Shown piece after piece: positions 1 through 15,633 of a stretch of 64,000 bases of DNA. Every line of letters begins with the position of its first letter. The stretch's first letter is position 1. The stretch lies in the NCBI RefSeq assembly GCF_009914755.1, contig NC_060926.1; one strand, given 5' to 3'. The notes under the pieces were generated by a model. The model saw only the letters and a program-made list of their open reading frames with translations. It searched no databases and was not told the DNA's origin. The stretch is from the human T2T-CHM13v2.0 reference genome, Homo sapiens. Made by a program: the position numbers and the translations under genes.

Positions 1-539
1 CTTGGTTAATCTCACGTTGCATTTAAATGGGCTAGCCAATATATATGTGAATAATATGTCTCTTCAGTGACATGCTACTAATTTGTCTACCACTCATTTA
101 CTAATTCAGCGTATGGTCCCACCCAACCACAAAATGTTCCAGGAGGTGAAATTGTATTATGTCTTCAGAAAATAGAGAGCTGGAAATAATTAGTAAACTG
201 TATTTCACTCTTTCGGTTACTAATATTTAGCTCACTTGTTTTTCTAAATAAAAATAGAGTATATGTCATTCCACAAGAGTAAGGACTCAAAATTCCTAGC
301 CAGTTATAATATCAAACACAAAGCTCTGTGTCTTTGTAAGGTTTTTACCTCCTTGGTTTCATCACATGTGGCTATTAAATAATTTGCCCTTTTTTGGTGT
401 CAGAGTGGCTTCTTCAGTCTTCTCATCCCTGTAGAATTTTGAGAGTTTAAAGATATTTTAAGCCTCAAATAGTCATAAATTTACAAACTTCCCATTTACT
501 TTCTTTTGAAAATGGTTCATGTTTTTCTGTTTCGTTTTT

Positions 540-1130
540 TATTGTTGGATAATTGTGAATTTTATCCAGTTGATTGTGAAAATTTTGTTATGGAAGTCAG
601 GTTATGTTGTAGTCCTCTGAAAAGTATTTGTATTGTTGTTTGTTTATTTGTTTTAGTAGGCAATTAACTTAGATCGACTCAAATGTAAGCCCTTTCTCTT
701 GGAGAGCAGTTCGAGTTTCAGCACATTTCTTAAAATCTGGACCACGCACGTATGCAGTGATTCAGGAGCCAGTCAGAGGTGTTGGCAGAGAATCTACATA
801 CGCAGCATGTGGTGCTTTCTGCTCTGGATTTCTCCTTTACTAGATTCCCTTTCACTTTTAAGTGGTGTTGGTTGCCTGAAACACTTATATTTCTTCATGG
901 TAGAAAGACTGTGTGTTTTCTTTCAAATTCTAACCACGCAGTGTGGCACTAAATTTGGTCACTTCTAAGTCTTAAGCTATTAGTTCTAGAAACTCACCTT
1001 GTGCCTTTCCCTTCTTATAAATGCTTGTTTCCTTCCAGATTTACTTGCATTCTTTTATTTTTCCCCAAAGTTTACAATATTTCTCTCTGGGAGGGAAGAT
1101 CCAAGAGGGACTTTGCCATTTTGGAACCAG
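540..1130 (-). mobile_element. Ancient L1M (L1MC/ME-like) 5' region fragment
   Basis: Resembles the antisense 5' region of old L1M (TGTAGTCCTCTGAAAAGTATTTG...TTTTAGTAGGCAATTAACTT). Very diverged; boundaries approximate. Confidence 0.35.
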
Positions 1131-1525
1131 AAGTTCTGAAATTAACTTTTCAGACAAACAGTAATATCTCCTTTGTAACTCATGAGAAAAAAAGATTAAC
1201 TGTCAAAATTTACGTTTTCAAAAGTTTGTCTTCTTTCCCGAGAGAAAAAAAAAAGAAAAGGTGTCTCCTCTACATGATATGAACCAGGAAACTTTAGTCC
1301 TATGAAAGAGAATAATGCCAAGTGTTTCCAGGTAAGATAAGGAAAGGTGACATTGTTAATAAGAAACACAAGTGGAATTGCTTGTTGTGGTAAATAATTG
1401 TAAAAAAATTGGCCTCAAAAATTGTCAGAAATTGACTCCCCAAATGTTACCAACACAATCTGTTGAAAAGTCAAAGTTGCATGTATTATAGACCTAGGTC
1501 ATGGGGAACGTTACCTCATAAAGTT

Positions 1526-1623
1526 TGGCAGTATATCAGATGGAGATATTGGAAGTTTGATATAAGGTTGGTGTTTCATCTGGCAGTAGATCAGATGGAG
1601 ATATTGGAAGTTTGATTTAAGGT
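1526..1623. repeat. 43-bp direct repeat, two copies, period 55
   Basis: TGGCAGTA(T/G)ATCAGATGGAGATATTGGAAGTTTGAT(A/T)TAAGGT at 1526-1568 and 1581-1623, 2 mismatches. Confidence 0.95.
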
Positions 1624-4489
1624 GGATTCAAATCAAGACACAATAGTACACAATTGTTGGGAACACTAAGGTAAGGATTTTGACACAAAGGATTCAGTGA
1701 ATCTTATAGCACAGCAAACTAATGAAGTTTTTCATTGCAAAGTTGATTGATCTTCTGGGAAGTTTTCGTACTGATCTAAACTGCCAGAACAATGAAGTCA
1801 TGCTAATGAAATCAGAGGAATAGAGAAATCATGTTAAAGTAGACAGTGAAATGTGGTTTCAGTTCTTAGGGTGCAGGGTGGATGTAAGTACGATGGTTTG
1901 GTTGCAATAATAATGGTGTCACTTATATTGCACAAGAACAAACATTACTACCTTTGAAACTGCCACCCATGACACAAAGTAAAAGGAGAAGATAACATAA
2001 TAGAATCAAATTAACAAATAGCATCAGTTTGTTTTTCCTCACTTAAGTCTCCATAACCAATGTAGCCAATGACCCACTGTCCCTCACGTCAAGTAGTCTT
2101 TATCACTTTTCCCCCAAGAGCTAATGTGGATATTTAGATAATATACACTTTTAAAATGAACGTGCACTTTGAGTCCAACATGACCAAAGTTTACACCAGG
2201 TGCCGTACTAATTCAAATATAAATAAGAAATAAACCATGCCTGAATAAACAATTGTTTATAAATTACCCAGTGTGTTCTCTCTTTCTGCAATGTGGGATC
2301 AGATTCCTTCAGTTAGTGTTGTCACTCTATATGGGACTTTCTAGTTGCTTGTTCTCCAATTGCTGTATGCATATATGTGCTTCTAAGTAGTCACCTTCAA
2401 GTGTGTAGGTGTGTGGAAGGAGATTTATTCTAAGAATGATGCTCAGCATAAACTGAATCTTTTCTCATCTCTGTTAATCTTACCTATTTTAGGGTGAATC
2501 TAACTCGGATAGATTAGAATATTCTGTTTTATGCCTGTTTTCCAAATAGTATTTTTTAATATGGCCTTCTTTTCCTATCATGTATGCTTTCAGTTGAATG
2601 AAACCTTATAAGGTCACCATCACTATGATTACATACCAATGTAAGTCTAAACATTTTACTCAATCATTAATTTTTTTAGTTCACTATGTGACACTAGTGT
2701 AGGTTTCCCAGAAACTAAGACAAAGGTCAACTTTAGCGACATCACATAATAAGACACCAAGATTATTTCTCTTCACCGAACAAACCAAAGTTGTGTTTCT
2801 TGAGTCTCTTTTCTCTTAATATGACTTATTTGCACATCTAACACCACGGTATGAAAGCTTGTGGCTGACCATTGTATACAAACTATTTGTATGCTTGGTC
2901 AAACATATCAGGCTGTGCCTATCTTGTGCCTTTCATGAGACTCATGAGGTCTTTGCGACAATAGAAATCTGATTAACCTAAGTGTGGATGCCTCAAGATA
3001 CCTGAAAAACCACATATGTTAGGCCAATGTGGTATATCGAAAGTGTTGAATTTAATATATCCTTGCTGGAAAAAACCTTACTTGAATGTTGTCGTGTAAT
3101 TAGGAAGCAGATCCTGTGATTTCCTACTCCAGTTGGCAAGAACTCAACCAACTTCAAAGAAAAATAAAATACTTTAAGAAAAATGTATTTTAAAAGTAAC
3201 ACAGCATGACATTCAACTGTTTATATAGATATGAACAGATTGAATGAGTTTGATTAGGCCACTTTCCTGGTGAAAATTTCAGCTTTTAGTTGTCTAGTGG
3301 CCTTCAAACACGTATTAGAGGTCAGACAAAAGAAAAACAGAACACTCCAGCAAAGTCTTCATAGTTGTCTTAGCAGCTGGAAATTTGTGAACAAGTGAGG
3401 TGACATTTACAGATACTTTGATTCCTAGGGATGATTAGGTGACCTTGTTAGTCAGAGAAACTTTTAGCATTTTTTCTTCACAACTGAAAACATAACAGTC
3501 ATGGGCACTATATTCTCTAAAGAGAAACACTTGGGCACACATAGCTCTGCATTCCCCAAAAACAGGTATTTAAGAAAAGAAAAAAATAATTTATTTAAAC
3601 TCATAATTTCTTGAAAAATACTAAAACCAATAATTTTGAAACAGAAATTATTATGAAATAGCATTGTATGAAAATTTATTTTTAAAAAAGAGGCATGACA
3701 AATAGACTTTATAGGTTTAAACGATATATACATAATAGAAAGGGAGACAAAACCCTGAATTAAGAATGTAATTCCTGTAGTATGACTTTGGCAATTAGAT
3801 ATAAGAAGCAGAGAATCCTGGCATTTTCCTCCCAATTGTGCTTCCAGCATAAAGGATAATTAGAGGCAAGAGGGAAGAATATCTTACTATTTCCTGTCTT
3901 TCTTTGAGAATTTCCTTCTTCTGTAGTAAACTTTATCATTCTCATATTTTTTTCCCCTAATTTACTACCACTCTTTGATTCACACAACCTGTCTAAATAG
4001 TGTTTCAGGAAAAAAATATAGCAATCCTTATTATGAATATAAACCAAGCTCTCATTGCTCTTAGCAAATGTTGACATTTTAATATTTCTTAATTGTGGAA
4101 TAAAGAACTCAATTGACCACTAGAATCCATTAGAAGAATGGTGAGATAGTGTGAAAATATCAATTCCTAGATATAATAATTTTAAGACAGTTTTTTTTTT
4201 TTTTAAATGGGAAAAGCAGATCTGGTCAACAAAGACAGAGATTTGGTCACACTACTGTAAAGAGAATGCAGGCAATACATATCAATTCTATTTACGGGAA
4301 GACATGTACAAAGAAGTAGATCTGAAAGGCAATCATCTGGACTTCCTTCATTAGGAAATTAACTAGGCTAAATTCAATTAACTTTGAATATATCTGCTGG
4401 AAAATCCTAGAAGTTAATATGTCAAAGTAAAAAGTAAGGTAGGAATTGCCTTCTCAAGTATCCCATTTGACCTAATATCCAGGCTCTTC

Positions 4490-4630
4490 TACTTGCTAAT
4501 TTGTGCAAATGTGACAAAGTATTTAGCTTCTCTTTGAGCTTTAGTTATCCCCTTTGTAACAACCTGCATGCTTGTTTGGTGAATTAAATGAGATCACACA
4601 TGAGCATGCCTATCAAATAGTGGTCACTAC
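4490..4630 (+). mobile_element. MIR SINE fragment
   Basis: MIR core-like: TTTAGCTTCTCTTTGAGCTTTAGTTATCCCCTTTGTAA...TGAATTAAATGAGAT. Confidence 0.5.
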
Positions 4631-5021
4631 TTCCATAGTTCTTTATCATTTTATTTTTTAATTGAGTTTGTATATAAATGAATAAAGCAAATGAGCAAAG
4701 AAGTTTTAAGAGATCTGCTCTTCTGCTACTAGAAAGCAATGCCCTGCTAGTGCACTCTTGGTCATCCTGGGGAAAGGCACACTTTAGTGTTTTAGTGCAT
4801 ATGCCAAAGATTTCATTTGTCTGTTTATTTTACTGTAATTTAATCAAAATTTGTGGTCTTAGGTCAGAAAATAGCTAATCTTATACATAGGTACAAAAGT
4901 CCAGAAACTAAGATTAATTTTGTTTTTGTTCATCTTTATCATGAAGTCTTATATTATAGTTATAAAACTAAAAGGTAGTTATGAGTACATTTATTTCTAG
5001 GAATTTTAACAACTTAATGTA

Positions 5022-5374
5022 AATTGTTTCTCAGTATCCATGGAGAATCAGTTCCAGGACTGCCCCAACCCCACTGCTACCAAAATTCACAAATCCTCAA
5101 ATCCCTTACATAAAATGATGTAGTAATTGTATTTTACATACAGATATCCTCCCATATACATTAAATCATCTCTAGATTAATTATAATATCTAATAGTATA
5201 TAAATGCTATGTGAATAATTGTTACATTACATTGTTTAGGGAATAATAACAGGAAACAAAATTTGTATGTGCTCAGTACTGAAGGCAATGATCCTTTTTT
5301 TTTCCCCCAAACATTTAAAATCCACAGTTGATTGAATCCATGACGCACAACCCATGGATACAGAGGGCTGACTG
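5022..5374 (+). mobile_element. MER2 non-autonomous TcMar-Tigger DNA transposon, full length
   Basis: Degenerate TIRs (..CTCAGTATCCATGG / CCATGGATACAGAGGGCTGACTG), TA at 5020-21 and 5375-76, and internal TAAATCATCTCTAGATTA typical of MER2. Confidence 0.9.
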
Positions 5375-5639
5375 TATGTGACTGTTAAACTTTAATTGCT
5401 AGCACAAGAAAATATAGAAAAAAATAGAATTTATCCTGCTTCTCACTACATACTCAAAGGATGGATGTCAGTAATTGCCCACATTTTTCTAGTGTATTTT
5501 TAATATTGATACCCAGGTTTACTTTTAGAGTATAGTTTTGTGGTATGTAAGGGGATTCTGATTTTTGTAAGCTCACAATTGAAATCACATCCTTTAGCCA
5601 AAAATGTGTTTAAGGACAGCCAATAACTTAATATTAAGC

Positions 5640-5967
5640 TAATCATAGAATTTCTTTCTATAGCTACTGGTCCAGGTTAGACCAATTAGTGCAAAGTTTA
5701 ATATTTGAATATAAACAAGGAACTGCATGTCCCCAGTTGCTAACAGTAGCTGTGCTATAACCATCAAGAAAGCTACACACATTAAAAGATCAAGCCAAGG
5801 CAACAGGACATAGAATATTACAAAATTGGAGTTAATTTCTTTATGAAGCCATGCCTGAAGGAAGTCTTGCCTCTGGACTTTTTGTTTACAATAATGTAAT
5901 AAATCAACTTATTCTTTAATCCAGTTTGATTTTGATTTTCTGACATTTGCAACTGAAAGAATTCTAG
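5640..5967 (+). mobile_element. Old MLT1 (MaLR) LTR fragment
   Basis: GCCATGCCTGAAG...CTCTGGACTTT...AATAAATC...CCAGTTTGA...TTGCAACTGAAAGAATTCT matches the 3' half of MLT1J/K/L-type LTRs. Confidence 0.55.
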
Positions 5968-6191
5968 TGGCTTGACCCAGCTCAAATTTGATAAATAACC
6001 CTCTCCAAAAATTTATTTTGAAAGCCCTTTAAGGATTTTCTAAATTGTCTTTTTCTATTATTTTCATGGCTTTCAACGAAATTGGGGTATAGAATTAGAA
6101 ACTTTCCTTCCAAGAACGTTTATAAGACAACTTACAACTTGACTCTAGTTAGTTATCCATCCCCTGCTCTTTTATAGAAAAGATTTGTCTC

Positions 6192-6523
<332 letters not shown>

Positions 6524-8759
6524 TCAGACATAGTCCCATCTCAACATTTTGTACATGATCTTCTTATATAAAATATCTCCTTAAAAGAGTTTCTTCTTTC
6601 AAATTCTAGCACACGTTTCCATGTAGGAAGATCTCACTAATGTCTTTATAAAATCACTTTAATGCATCTCTAGTGTCCACTGTGAATCCTTTTTTACAAA
6701 TACATGACTCCTATTTGCATGCCACTTGATGTTAATCAAAGTATGTTTCATCATACAATCCTTACTGTTAAGAGCTGTATATTTTATCATATTTTATTCC
6801 CATTTCACCTAATACAAATCTATATACACACAACTACTTCGTTGTATTAATTTTTTAATTTGCCTTTGTATTCTTCAGAATTTGTTTGAACTGTAAATTG
6901 TACTGTAAGGTTGATACTGCTAACCAAATAATTTTCCAGAACTTCATATAGTTCTCATAAATCATGAGACTATGTAAATTTTATTGGAAGTGTCCCCCAT
7001 TCAACAAATATTTATTAAAATTTTAGAGTAACTCAGTATACTGTCCATTGTTAGCAATACACAATGAATAACAGTCTCTGCTTTCATTGTCTGGTGGAGA
7101 AGGTATACAAAAATTAAATGCTAGAACTAGGGAGTTCTATTATTAGAGAGGGGCACCTCTGTAAGACAGGGTGACTATGTGTCTTCTTTGCTTAAGGAAG
7201 TCCCAAGATAGGCATGTTGTACTGGAATTCCATCTGTGCTGAAATTTGTTCCAGAGTTGTAATGTTAACAATAACACATTATAATTAAAAGTTTCATTCA
7301 AGTAAGGCAGGTCGATTTGGAGGGTTCCCTTTGTACTTGTAGTTTCTGTCATATATTTACTTATGAAATCCTTGTTCATTAAAGCAGGTTGACTCTTTGT
7401 AACACATGGTTTAATCTGAATTATGACCAGTGGTAACTGATCTCTGTTTTCATTAACACTTTCATATGAAATATAACCTACTATACATTTTCTTCTAGAC
7501 GGCATGCAGAATTTAAAGCAAAAACATGTGAAGAGTGCTTAGACACTCATTATTACAGACAGCTATTCCTTCTAGTCTTGGGAAGTAATACAAGGAAGTA
7601 TTCAATAGCACTGCCTGCCTACCAGACACTAGATGTATCAGCTAAGTTTACCATAGCTTATGGCACAGCCTTCATGCAAAGCTAAGACTTCAAGTCAGTG
7701 GGCTCAGTGGGAAATGTAGAAAATTAGAGATTTCAAATATAGGAAATGTGCGGCAAGTATTCTGAGCAATACAGCCATAACCTACACAGAGTAGTCTGGA
7801 AGTTTATGTAATACATTTTATTTGGCAGTATATTTTTATTCGTTTATGAGTTGCCTATGTATTTTGCAATGAACACTTTCAGCAGCAATGATCAGAACAG
7901 TTAATGTTTAATGAAAATTACATATAAATGTTCATTCCTCAAGAAAGCAGATAATGAATATATAATTTGCACAAAATGTGTACTTTCCATCGTGGGGTTA
8001 CAATAACAAAATGGATCAAATGAATCTCCTCAGACACAGCTCTGCTGAAAAAGCATTAGCATCTACTTCAAAATTAGTAGTTTTAGCAAGATTATATGAA
8101 AAATGATGATTTAACATGTAAGTACTTCAGAAGCGCATTGACATTTTATTCTATGAAGCATGTCTTTTCATTTAAATCAAGTATATGCATTTTTAAGCTT
8201 TTTTTCATTTTAAATTTCAAGCTGTCTCAAGTAGATATCATAAGTGTTAAATTTTGCATCTTTTAGCAGAAGAGGAACTTTACAAACAGCTAAATAATAC
8301 CATTGTCATTGAATGGTTCAAATAAAGTAAATAGTTAATTCTAATAATTTTTTTTTCCTAATGACTCATGGAATCCAACTATCACTTTTAGAATTTTTGT
8401 CTTTCTAAAACAAAATAGTTGACTTTATTGTCAATGCTGCTACAAGCTCAGTTAAAAAGCATACATTTTTAATTGAAAATATAGAAACACATTTTGGTGG
8501 AGGACAAAAGAGGTTGGATTTGGTGAAGGAAGAAGTAACTTGATTCTGTGGAGTAAAATGAAGAGATAATGGAGCTGTATGAGAAAAAATTATACATATT
8601 ATTTAGGTTCCTTGATGCTATTGTTGAACACCAAACTGCTTATATAAAAGCTGCAATTCCACAAGACCAGACAAAGAAGTACTGGTGAATTGTAAACTAA
8701 ACCATCTTTAGAAGTTGGCACACTACTAAAAAATAATTGTGTTCTAAATGGGAAGAGTA

Positions 8760-10850
<2,091 letters not shown>

Positions 10851-10896
10851 AAGGAAACAAAAGCATTATTTCTAGTACTCTGAGAACCTAGGTCGA

Positions 10897-10897
<1 letters not shown>

Positions 10898-10933
<36 letters not shown>

Positions 10934-11022
10934 GTGAGACTGTATATCAATCTCTGTCTTTATCTCTCTCTCTCTCTCTCTCATATATAGTTCCCTCTTG
11001 AAGCATTTCTCTGTGTGTGTGT
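10898..11022. repeat. Compound (CT)n / (TG)n microsatellite cluster
   Basis: Two CT runs and one TG run seen directly. Confidence 0.9.
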
Positions 11023-13191
11023 TTCTTTCTCATATGGCAAGCCTGAAAATTTGTCCTTTCAGATGTTTTGAACTTAGCTTATCTCTTTAACTTATTCAGG
11101 TTAAAATATCATACATGATATGAGCAGTAAACATTTTGTTAGTGGAGCTTTGCTTCTTAAGCATCACAACACTGTAGAATATTTTATTCTGCTGTTTCAA
11201 TTTCCCATATTCATGCACGCCTCTAACATTTGGTAAAGGTTAGTGGGGAAAACTAGCTGTAATTTCTGTGTTCTTCTGGTTACAACTCCTTAAGCTATAC
11301 CCCAAACTCCACTCTTTTCTATTTTCTGTATTAGAAACTTCTGACAATGGCAAGAGAGACAAGTTATCCACCAGTAACAGACTTAGAGAAGGTGTCCAAG
11401 GAAAGAAATCGCTAACCATTTCACCTCACCTAGAAAATGCTCTTCACTCTGCAAAATTTTTAACTTGTCTACACTTCTTTGTATCCATTACTTCTTTGTA
11501 GCCATTTAATGTTTTTAAACAATAGGTCACAATATTCTTTCCATTTAAATATTTCACATTGCCCGTTTTTAGTAGATAGTAGCTTGCATCCACTAAATCC
11601 TACTACATCCTACTCAGAAGCAACTGAGACCAGGCATTTTTAAATTTTTAGATTACACTAAAATATCCCTGTAATTATTTTGTCACCAAAATAAAAACAA
11701 TGACCGTAATCTGTAAACTTTATTTTAAAAGACAACGCAATACAATATAAACTAAAGAAGGAAAGTGCTCAAAACAAGTTGATGGATAACAACATATGAA
11801 GAATACAGTCATTAGAAGAATAAACCAATCCATCAAATAAGATGGTTTTTACAGCAGACCATTTGCTCAAGGGCTTCCCACATATTCCCTTGCCAATGGG
11901 TTAGTCACCTCTAAAAAAGAACTTACGTTTCCTCTGGATTAATATTGTAGCCAGTGCTACAATATTTCATTTCTTTTTTATTATTATTATTCAATCTGAG
12001 CTCCTTCACTTACAATGACTACAAGGGGACTGTTTGTGAAAAGAACTTCTTCCAGGAACCTGGTGTAGATGCACATTCTTCAGAGAGTCCATCTGGGGGG
12101 TTACTTAGCCTACCACTTTTTACCTATTTACCAAGGGTTTTACTCTTCCAGGCTTGGATAATTATCCAGTTGTCCACATACTAAGAATAGAAGGGAAGAG
12201 TCTTTAGAAGTAATTCAACAATAAAAAAGGGATTTTGCTGAATATCCAGTCACACCAAGAATTTTGAGCCAATTTTGGTATGTCTTAAAATATTTTTTAA
12301 CTACCTTTATTAGATTAAAGTAGTGCTTTTATGTGACTATAGATTTGCAAAAATTTAAGTGCAGTATTTTAATACTTGGAAGAATGTTTTCAAACAGTAT
12401 TCTTATATGACTATAATGAGTAAATTATTTCCATTTCATTTTGTATCCTCATAGCTTAAAGATTATATTTTAATTTTAATAACCAGTCTTTTATAACCAT
12501 AGCAGCAATTGGAATATTTATGAACAGTTCAGAATTGGAGATATTTTAAACTCTACAGAACATTATTTCACTGTAATTATGTGAGAAGGTAAATGTGAAT
12601 GTAAATTGATAGTTATCTACATATATAGCAGTGAGGTAAAAAATGGGGAATTAGGGAATACAATGTGAATGGCACTCACTGCAAAAATGCTTACAACTAA
12701 TAAAGGGAAATGGCATTTAATGATGCAGGCCTTAGATACTTGGGAAATTATTTTAACATCTCATTTTCTGACAATGGAAGATATTAGGTTTTACATTATG
12801 TTGTTTTTATATTGTAAATCTCTTTTGAAGATTGTATAAAGCCAAAAAACTATATATGTCTTTATGAGAAGCTAATGTTGAAACAGTCGCTAAATTTTGA
12901 TAAGATTGATTCATTGAACATTTTTAATATGCACCTGGGATGTGTCACATATTGTCATAGTTCATATAGGGAAAAAATGAATATGCCACAGTGTCTCCTC
13001 AAAAGCCTCATGGTCTCTTAGGAACAAAAGCGAACAGAGCAGAAAAATGTAAAGCCACATAAAAATGAGAGTAATATAAGTGTAGAGGTATACGTAGGCT
13101 GAAGATAAACCATTTATAGAGATTAGTTCAACCTCTTATGGGTCAGAGAACAGAAGATTCTGAGAATATTTTGCTGTGCCTGGCAGCATGT

Positions 13192-13344
13192 AAAGGACTT
13201 TTCTAGACATATGAAGAGTATCATAGCTGCCAGTTATGGCACTCCTCGTATGTCTAGAAAAGTCCTTTGTTTATTTAACTTCATTGACTTAATTGATCAA
13301 CTTCATTGCCAAGTCGGTCAATTAAGTCAATGAAGTTAAATAAA
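13192..13344. repeat. Two adjacent near-perfect inverted repeats (38-bp arms with 1-nt spacer; 34-bp arms with 7-nt spacer)
   Basis: 13192-13229 vs 13231-13268 (5 mismatches); 13270-13303 vs 13311-13344 (2 mismatches). Confidence 0.97.
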
Positions 13345-14499
13345 TAACAATCAAGCCTTTATTCAGGTACTGAAAAATTATACGCAAGAGGCAGAAACCC
13401 TAGTGTTCCATTTTTCCCCCACAGAACAGCACATCTGATGAGGTTCACTCAGATGATACAGCAGTGCAGGCGAGGTAATTATTTCACCCCTGAGGAGCAG
13501 TAAAAAAAAGGTTCCGTGGGTCCGTCAAAAAACTAAGAGTACAAAAATACTGACTTGGAGAGGAGAAGAGTGCTTTAGTCAGGACTCCCTTAGAAAGAGA
13601 CTCTAACAGAGGTGCCTGCAAAGTACCTCAGCCAAGCGTCTCCTCCAGAATGGAGACACTTGGGCTAGGAATACAGATATGTGCATGAACCGGCCCAGAG
13701 AAAGTGGGTCCTTGTCTGAAACTTTCTCCAGGAACTGCAATGCACACCACGTCTAGGGTGGGAGAACAACTTTTCCTATGATGCCTGCCAGGGCAAGCCT
13801 TGTAATTTCCTACAGTCGGGCCTGAAGGGTCAAAAGAAGGATTTTGGCCTAGAACTGGACTTCTCAATGAGAGGAAAGACAAGGGAAAGAATCATTTGGA
13901 AGTACGAAGTACTTTAGTGGTGTTTGAACACGGGGTATCTGAGGAAAGTGGTGGGAAGGGAAGCCCATAGTTATCATGCTGAGTAGCGAGGCAGAGGCCA
14001 GGCTGCAGAGACTTTCTGATCATAAGTACTTTGGCCTTCTTGGAACTGTTGGAGGAGTCAACCTTTTGTAGCTGGATATATGGCACCTGCCTGAAATGAG
14101 TGTATCAGCTTGGATAGTTTGCTTCCAAGAAGAGGGGATAGATGAATGAGCTTTACTGATTAAGCTTTTGTCTATACGGGTCTAAGAACCAGACTCTAAA
14201 CCCACACCAACTGAATTCAACAAAATAAATAAACCTTTTTTGCATAGAAATCCAGCGATCAATTCAACTAAATCAGGCATATTTTAACAACTTATTTATA
14301 TTTTATTGTGATGCAGCCTGAGAGAGAGACTACGGTACAATTTAAATTCTATCACAATGACGATATATTTTAATTACCTTAGGGAAACAAAGATGCTTTC
14401 TTCATTTAAGTCAGCACATATAAAAAATGTTTTACTTCTTTCATTTAAATAAAAGAATTAATTTTCAATGGAAAGAACTTCAATGGCTCTGTCAAGGGA

Positions 14500-14700
14500 T
14501 TTGTATACATTATCTCATGTAATAATCACAGTGATCTTTTGAGATAGTACTTCAGATCCTTTTGCTGTTGTTGTTTTGTTTTGAGGTGTTTTATTTTGCA
14601 GGTGAGGAAGATAACACTTGAAGAGACTAGGTAAGTAACCCAAAATACTACACACAGTAAATCGTACATATAGAACACCAAATCCAATGTCCTTTCAACA
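14500..14700 (-). mobile_element. MIR SINE
   Basis: TACATTATCTCATGTAATAATCACA...ATTTTGCAGGTGAGGAAG...GTAACCCAAAAT is the antisense MIR core. Confidence 0.6.
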
Positions 14701-14880
14701 TTGGATTATGGTGCTGATACTGAGCTGTTATCTTTACACATTTTCACCTAAAAGCAGATGCTTCTTATCTTTCCTATGTGAGTTTTCTGTGAATTCTATT
14801 CAGTTCTTTGGTTTTATCTGTATAGAAAGGCACCACAGAAAACAACCTGGAGTTTCTTAGATTCTTTCTGTCTCATATAC

Positions 14881-15088
14881 TTTCAATGGCTTCTGTATGG
14901 TATCAAAAATAATTATATGGTATAGCAGAGAATAAAAAAAGATTAAATACAGTAAGCACATATAATAAATATCATTGAAAATATCATTTCAATGGCTTCT
15001 GTATGGTATCAAAAATAATTATATGGTATAGCAGAGAATAAAAAAATATTAAATATAGTAAGCACATATAATAAGTATCATTGAAAAT
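14881..15088. repeat. 102-bp tandem duplication with 4-nt junction insert
   Basis: 14881-14982 and 14987-15088, 3 mismatches, ATCA between the copies. Confidence 0.97.
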
Positions 15089-15633
15089 GATGCTATTAAT
15101 GATGAAACATAGATGAGAGGGACACAGTAGTGAAGGGGGAAAAAAGAGGTGGCATTTAGTAAAATTCAAAAGATATCCAAGTAAATGTTAAGTTTTAGAA
15201 GTCTGTTACATAGTGACAAAAAAAATAAGAGTTTTTTGCTTGTTTTGGTTTGTTTATTTTTGGATGCCATTTACAGCTGGTGACTTCAAAACTAAAGTGA
15301 CATTAGTAGCATAGGGCTTTTGATGTAAAGATATTTTGCAGTTTCCATGGTTCTATACCCAGGATTGTTGGTTCTTTTTTTCTCAGCATAGATACTCAGG
15401 ATATAAAAGTCATAACCTTACTTTCGACAAGACATAATTAGCAGGTTACGTCTAGAGTCAGGCACGTCTGGGTTATTTTCCTGGTGCTAGTATTTAATGT
15501 ATTCATAATCTGAATAATTAGCAAAATGGGAGTGATGGTATTTATCTCAACAGGGTCTTTGTGAGGATTATATGAATTAAGGTCTAAAATACCCATAATT
15601 CATTAGAATTACTGGCCTACTCTAATCACCCAG

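Noticed and set aside
1526-1623. Repeat-spacer-repeat pattern resembling CRISPR
   Set aside because: Only two copies, a 12-bp spacer, eukaryotic context and no cas genes.
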